From Octopus sinensis (taxonomy: Eukaryota): a stretch of 64,000 bases of DNA. This document shows positions 58,759-64,000 of the stretch, piece by piece (position 1 is the first letter of the stretch; every line of letters starts with the position of its first letter). The stretch covers positions 115,258,001 through 115,322,000 of the forward strand of contig NC_042999.1 in NCBI RefSeq assembly GCF_006345805.1, written 5' to 3'. The notes beneath the pieces were generated by a model that saw only the letters and a program-made list of their open reading frames with translations, did not search any database and was not told where the DNA came from. A program made the position numbers and the translations under genes.

Positions 58759-59020
58759 TATATATATATATATAGCCTCTTTCTTCCAGTCATTTCATCA
58801 TGATAAACTGTTAGCCCCTACATATTTTTTTTTATTTTCTCTGTTTTTCCGTTCTCTCTCCATTTTTTTTCTCTTTCATCCTTTTCTGTTTAGAGCATAG
58901 GCTTGAAATGTCAAAGACTTTTCCATTTTTCCCTGCTTGTTCCCTCACCTGACTTTGTCTTTTGTTTCCTGTAAATCTGAACTATCTATCTGGGTAATTG
59001 TATACACATACACGTATAAT

Positions 59021-59373
59021 AGGTGCAAGCATGGCTGTGTGGTAAGAAGTTTGCTTCCCAACCACATGGTTCTGGGTTCAGTCTCACTGTATGGTACCTT
59101 GGGCAAGTGTCTTCTACAGCGTCAGGTTGACCAAAGCCTTGTCAGGGGATTTGGTTGACAGAAAGAAGCCCATAGTGTGTATATATATATGTATATATAT
59201 TTATATGTATATATATATGTATATATATTATATGTATATATATATGTATATATATTATATGTATATATATATGTATGTATATATATATGTATATATATAT
59301 GTATGTATATATATATGTATATATATATGTATGTATGTATATATGTATGTATATATATATATATATATATATG

Positions 59374-59447
<74 letters not shown>

Positions 59448-59780
59448 ATATATATATGTGTATATATATATGTGTATATATATATATGTGTATATATATA
59501 TGTGTATATATATATGTGTATATATATATGTATATATATATGTGTATATATATATGTGTATATATATATATGTATATATATGTATATATATATATATATG
59601 TATATATATGTATATATATATGTATGTATCTATGTGTGAATCTGTGTCCCCCCACCCATTACTGCTTGACAACTGGTGTTGGTGTGTTTACATCCCCATA
59701 ACTTAGCAGTTCGGAAAAAGTGGCTGATAGAATAAGTACTGGGTTTAAAAAATAAGTTCTGGGGTCAATTTGTTTATGGT
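59021..59780 (+). mobile_element. tRNA-derived SINE with an ACCTTGGGCAAGT core, interrupted by an expanded TA/TG microsatellite; family also at ~9365, 14635, 29570, 44157, 53795 and in - orientation
   Basis: A-box-like TGGCTGTGTGGT, B-box-like GGGTTCAGTC, shared body. The copy at 44157-44520 has the same structure without the expansion. Confidence 0.75.
59177..59640. repeat. (TA)n/(TATG)n compound microsatellite
   Basis: Direct inspection. Similar tracts at 14840-14906, 19063-19145, 33940-33999, 35315-35357, 38716-38758, 40860-40973, 50225-50354 and 63755-63850. Confidence 0.97.
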
Positions 59781-60496
59781 GCTGCTTAAAGAATATCTAC
59801 ACACTCCCTACATGACTGGTTGCTCAGTATTTTAATATCAGGCAACATCAAGTTTGTTTTGAGATGGTTGGTGACATAAGAGATAAGTGAGAAGAGAAAT
59901 GGGAACCTATATAGAGTTACAGAGAAATAAAAAGGCAGAGGATCGATGTAAAGAAAAACACGGGGAATAGGTTGAGGAATTGGAAGTAAATATTAGAACC
60001 ACTAAGTATAGTCAAAGTGTCTTGTTTGAAAATGAATTTCTTGCTGAGATGGCAGTTGCCTTCAGTTCATGGTGTTGGTAAGCTTCAAAGACAAAGAAGT
60101 TCATAAGGAAAGTAATGAAGGAAGTTGAAGCGATGAGCCTTGGGTTTCATTTTGTAATCATGTTAGATCACACTGCACAGTATACTGAACAAGTAATGTA
60201 ATGCTATGTTAACCGAAAGTTTGAGATAAAAATTGTATAGAGAGAAACTGTGAAAGCCTGTTGGGTAGATTGTACCTGATCTTATATGATCAACTTTATC
60301 TGTCAGCTGTTTTAATGTCACCACCTACTCCTTAGGTGTTTTTTGAAGAGTCCACTCTACTGCAGATATTTGGAGATTTTGGTATGAGGATAAGTTCTTC
60401 CTACCGATCCTGAAAATCTTGAGAAGTATCATGAGTTACTACCCTTACTCTGATAAACGCAAACGCGAAACCAACACAACAGCAGCAGCAACAAGT

Positions 60497-60907
60497 GGAG
60501 GCGCAATGGCCCAGTGGTTAGGGCAGCGGACTCGCGGTCGGAGGATCGTGGTTTTGATTCCCAGACTGGGCGTTGTGTGTGTTTATTGAGCGAAAACACC
60601 TAAAGTTCCACGAGGCTCCGGCAGGGGGTGGTGGCGACCCCTGTTGTACTCTTTTACTACAACTTTCTCTCACTCTTTCTTCCTGTTTCTTGTCCCTGAC
60701 TTCCTACGCAACCGCTGAGCCTGGATGCGCATTCATCCATCCGTCGATGCTCTTGGTGTTGGGGGTTGACTTGCTTTCTCTTCTGCAGGTCTTACGAAAA
60801 GCAAAGGACCACGTTTCAGACTTCTCCCACTACAGACAATCCTGAGGCACGATCTTGCGAGCTCTGGGACGAAGACCGCTTCGCTCAACAAACAAACAAA
60901 CAAACAA
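60497..60907 (+). mobile_element. GC-rich, apparently young tRNA-derived SINE with (AAAC)n tail
   Basis: tRNA-like head with A-box TGGCCCAGTGG and B-box-like GGTTTTGATTCCC, a ~330-nt body with CpGs retained, and AAC-rich flanks. Confidence 0.8.
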
Positions 60908-63770
60908 GAAGCAACAACAACAAAACACTTAGGCATCTCTGCTTTTAGATAATTTCTTTTTCATACGTGGTTTAACAAGCTAGGAGAAATATATTTATCT
61001 AAGTTGTACTGTAATAGTTGTGAAATATATAATTTTTCTTTTTGTTGAGAAATACCTGTTCTTATGAATTTCTCTCATTGTTAAATAACATAAATGATAA
61101 CATGTATGGCTGTGCATCGTGTTACAGCCCCAAGCTGTATCAGATATAGTTCATCAGAAATTTATGACTCTTGACTAAAATCTAATAAATTAAGACTGTA
61201 ATTCACCCTTTCTACTTAATCTCTGTTCTCCTTCATATAGTGAAGATGATATTGCTAAGTCAGTATTTAGAGATAATAACTTTCTGCATAATCTGATTAA
61301 CTAAGGGATTGACTTGTATGATGCCAATTCGCAAGGCTTTCTTTCAGAAATTATATCCCTGCAGATCTTGTAACCTCCTCCGCATTTTTATCTTTAATCA
61401 CTTTATTCATCTTTTGCTTGATTTTTTTTTCACAATAGGCTTATCTGTTAACTTAATTAGATGTAGGCATTCTGTTACATTCATCCTCTTTGTTTAGCAA
61501 TTTCTTCTATTATAACTATCATTCCTCTTTCTCTACCAAAAACATTGTATATGTAGCAGTTTTTGTAGTTACTTGCTACCTTCTTTCTTCCAGGCATGCT
61601 GTTTATCTTTCATAGTTTCATCTACCACACTAATCAACTATTATATCTATTGCTCACTGCAGCATCCTCAGAATTGATACCTTAGTTGTTATTTAGTTCT
61701 AGATCAGCTTTGATAAGGCAGAGTTATTATTGCAGGCATTCAGTCATGACTACCTTGTCTCCAAATCAATTCAGGACCATATTAATATATCCTTTTCATA
61801 ATTAAGGTAGGGTGTGATTTAAGGAAGTTTTAGCTATTATTTTTAGCAGATTAAATGGCCACTTAAAGGCTCTACATTGGTTCTTAATTGTGCCTTAACT
61901 TTTCTCTATGCTGAAGAAGGTCTCTACTTTTGACTGCATAAGGCTTTGTTACTGATGTATGGCACATGACTTTCAGTTTCCACAGCTAATTTTCCTTAGT
62001 TGAAGTCATTCACTTTTGCTTTTTATACTTTACTCCTGAATACACAAGACCTTAATTTATATTGAGGACACCTTCTGCTGCTAAAGATAGTATTAATGAA
62101 TTGACTAACTGGCTTTCTGAGATGTAAATAATATATTGTGTGAATTATTTCAGAACATTGTACCTTTCATGAATACAAAATCTATTCTGTTGGGAATTTC
62201 CTAATAACCATTCACCCTTTTGAAATCAACCCACCCATGAACACCTTTGGTTCTATTATATAAATTTTTTGTTTTAAAGTGATCTAAATTAAAAATTCCC
62301 ATCAAAATTTTATATTAATTATTTTATTAAATATCAGCTCAATAACGACAAAGGTATTTTACTAAATGCCTCATAATTTTTTTAATTAATTGAAACAAAG
62401 GCAGTGTGTTTCAACCGAAAACAGGACTAAAATGAAAGGATTAAAATATTCAACATATTAGATATTTCTCTCATTCTATATTTCTGGTAATGTAAAACCA
62501 GACTAGACACTTATAATTGATTCTACTGCTCATATATTAATCAACAAATAAACTTTGATTGGGTTTATTTTACCAAAAATATATATTTCTATAAAACTTG
62601 TAACTGTCTATACATCACCACTCATAGTAGATTGTTCCTTTTTGGGTTAAATAATGATTGAAAGATTGTATAGTTTATTATTAAATACAACACATATGTT
62701 CTTTTTTTAACTTTATTTGATATCAGTAAAATATATATTAAATGAAGATATATATATATATACATATATATATATATGTTCTATTAAGACATTACAGAAA
62801 ATATTTTCATGAACTTATTACAAATGCTGTTCATTATCAAACTAAAAAATATTTTTAATAACTTCACGACCATCCACATATTCACTTTATAACTCAAACC
62901 AATGTTGTGGTAATCTGGTATTAGTGTTACGTGCAGAGGGAAATTTCATTTTATAGGCAATAATACTTACTATAATAAATTTACAACAAGCCATAACAAA
63001 AATATTATAGCAAATTTTTTTTATGAAAAATGGAAAGAAAGCAAATTTTAAGGTTTGGTAGCAAGTTTGAAGTATATGATTTTTTTTTATAAGTTTCTAG
63101 GATTTGCATTAAAAGAACATCTTCATGCAAAACTCTACAAAGGCGTTTCCTTCATTTTAAATTCAGAACATAAAAAAAATTATGAAAATTTATCTTGGAA
63201 TTTTTAGTACCAAGATATTGCATTGCTTTTATGAATTGTTTACAAGTTCTACAGTAAACAGTAATACCTGAAAAAAGCAAGAATTTATTTCAGAAAAAGT
63301 AAAAATTTATTTCAGATTAAATGAGATTTTAATATAAATATATTGTCTTGATTACTTTTGTTAGAAGTACAAATTTGCTCATAGATTTATTTATTTTTTT
63401 TTAGTTATAGAGCAAATATTTTTCAAGTCAGCCCTATGTTACAAATTTATGCTTTTCTCATTTCCATGACACAAGCAAAAGGCAGAGACCTTGCAAGAAC
63501 ACAGAAAGCGAAGTACTACATTAAAGTCATAGTAATATGAAAAATTATTTTAATTAGCTGCAGTGCTGTTTTATTTTTTAAATTTCCTTTTTAATTTATT
63601 GTTTCCATCAGTAATTCATTTTTAAAGTTCAAATACATATAGAACTACATCAAAAGACTATGATACCACATAAGGGTTGTTTTGAAAAGCCCATAACAGC
63701 TGCACTTTTGAAATTGTAACATCTGTAACAAGATATACACATCAAAGTAAAAAGTGAGTGTGTGTGCATG

Positions 63771-63854
<84 letters not shown>

Positions 63855-64000
63855 TTATTTATTAATGTTTGTTTTTATATTATAATAAAAACAATTTCAC
63901 ATTAAACTGAACAATTATTCAATACATTCGGTAGAGTACAAATTTATTATTATTTATTATTATTCTTAAACAAGAATAGTATTGATAGTGACTTTGAAGT

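Noticed and set aside
59091-59706. ORFs rich in Y/I/M/C/V (also 50120-50417)
   Set aside because: Translation artefacts of TA/TG microsatellites.
60497-60572. Possible tRNA gene
   Set aside because: The T-arm/B-box is degenerate, there is no clean acceptor stem, and it continues into a SINE body with an (AAAC)n tail.
61000-64000. Possible 3' end of a convergent neighbouring gene
   Set aside because: AT-rich with no supportable exon or ORF; only a MITE and microsatellites are recognisable.

Overview
AT-rich eukaryotic (animal) genomic DNA. The SINE, RTE-tail and microsatellite landscape suggests an octopus/coleoid cephalopod, which is an inference. The window is dominated by one + strand multi-exon gene, separase (ESPL1, peptidase C50). 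I reconstructed 23 GT-AG coding exons between 1972 and 51403. Their phases chain without a break (7278 nt, about 2425 aa plus stop) and include the intact catalytic YCGHGSG and LMGCSSG motifs. The start exon is uncertain (candidate 428-460). Introns and the 3' flank hold a mariner, a Merlin/IS1595-like transposon, hAT and piggyBac-type MITEs, a Helitron, R4/Dong-like, RTE and CR1/L2 LINEs, tRNA-derived SINEs and microsatellites. There is no CRISPR array, tRNA or rRNA, and I cannot support a new multi-gene system. The best leads are: (i) an enlarged separase disordered insert with a cohesin-binding-like YxF motif beside an AT-hook, (ii) a 364-bp spacer-less intronic palindrome plus other fold-backs, and (iii) a CR1-type ORF2 one 2-nt indel away from intact.
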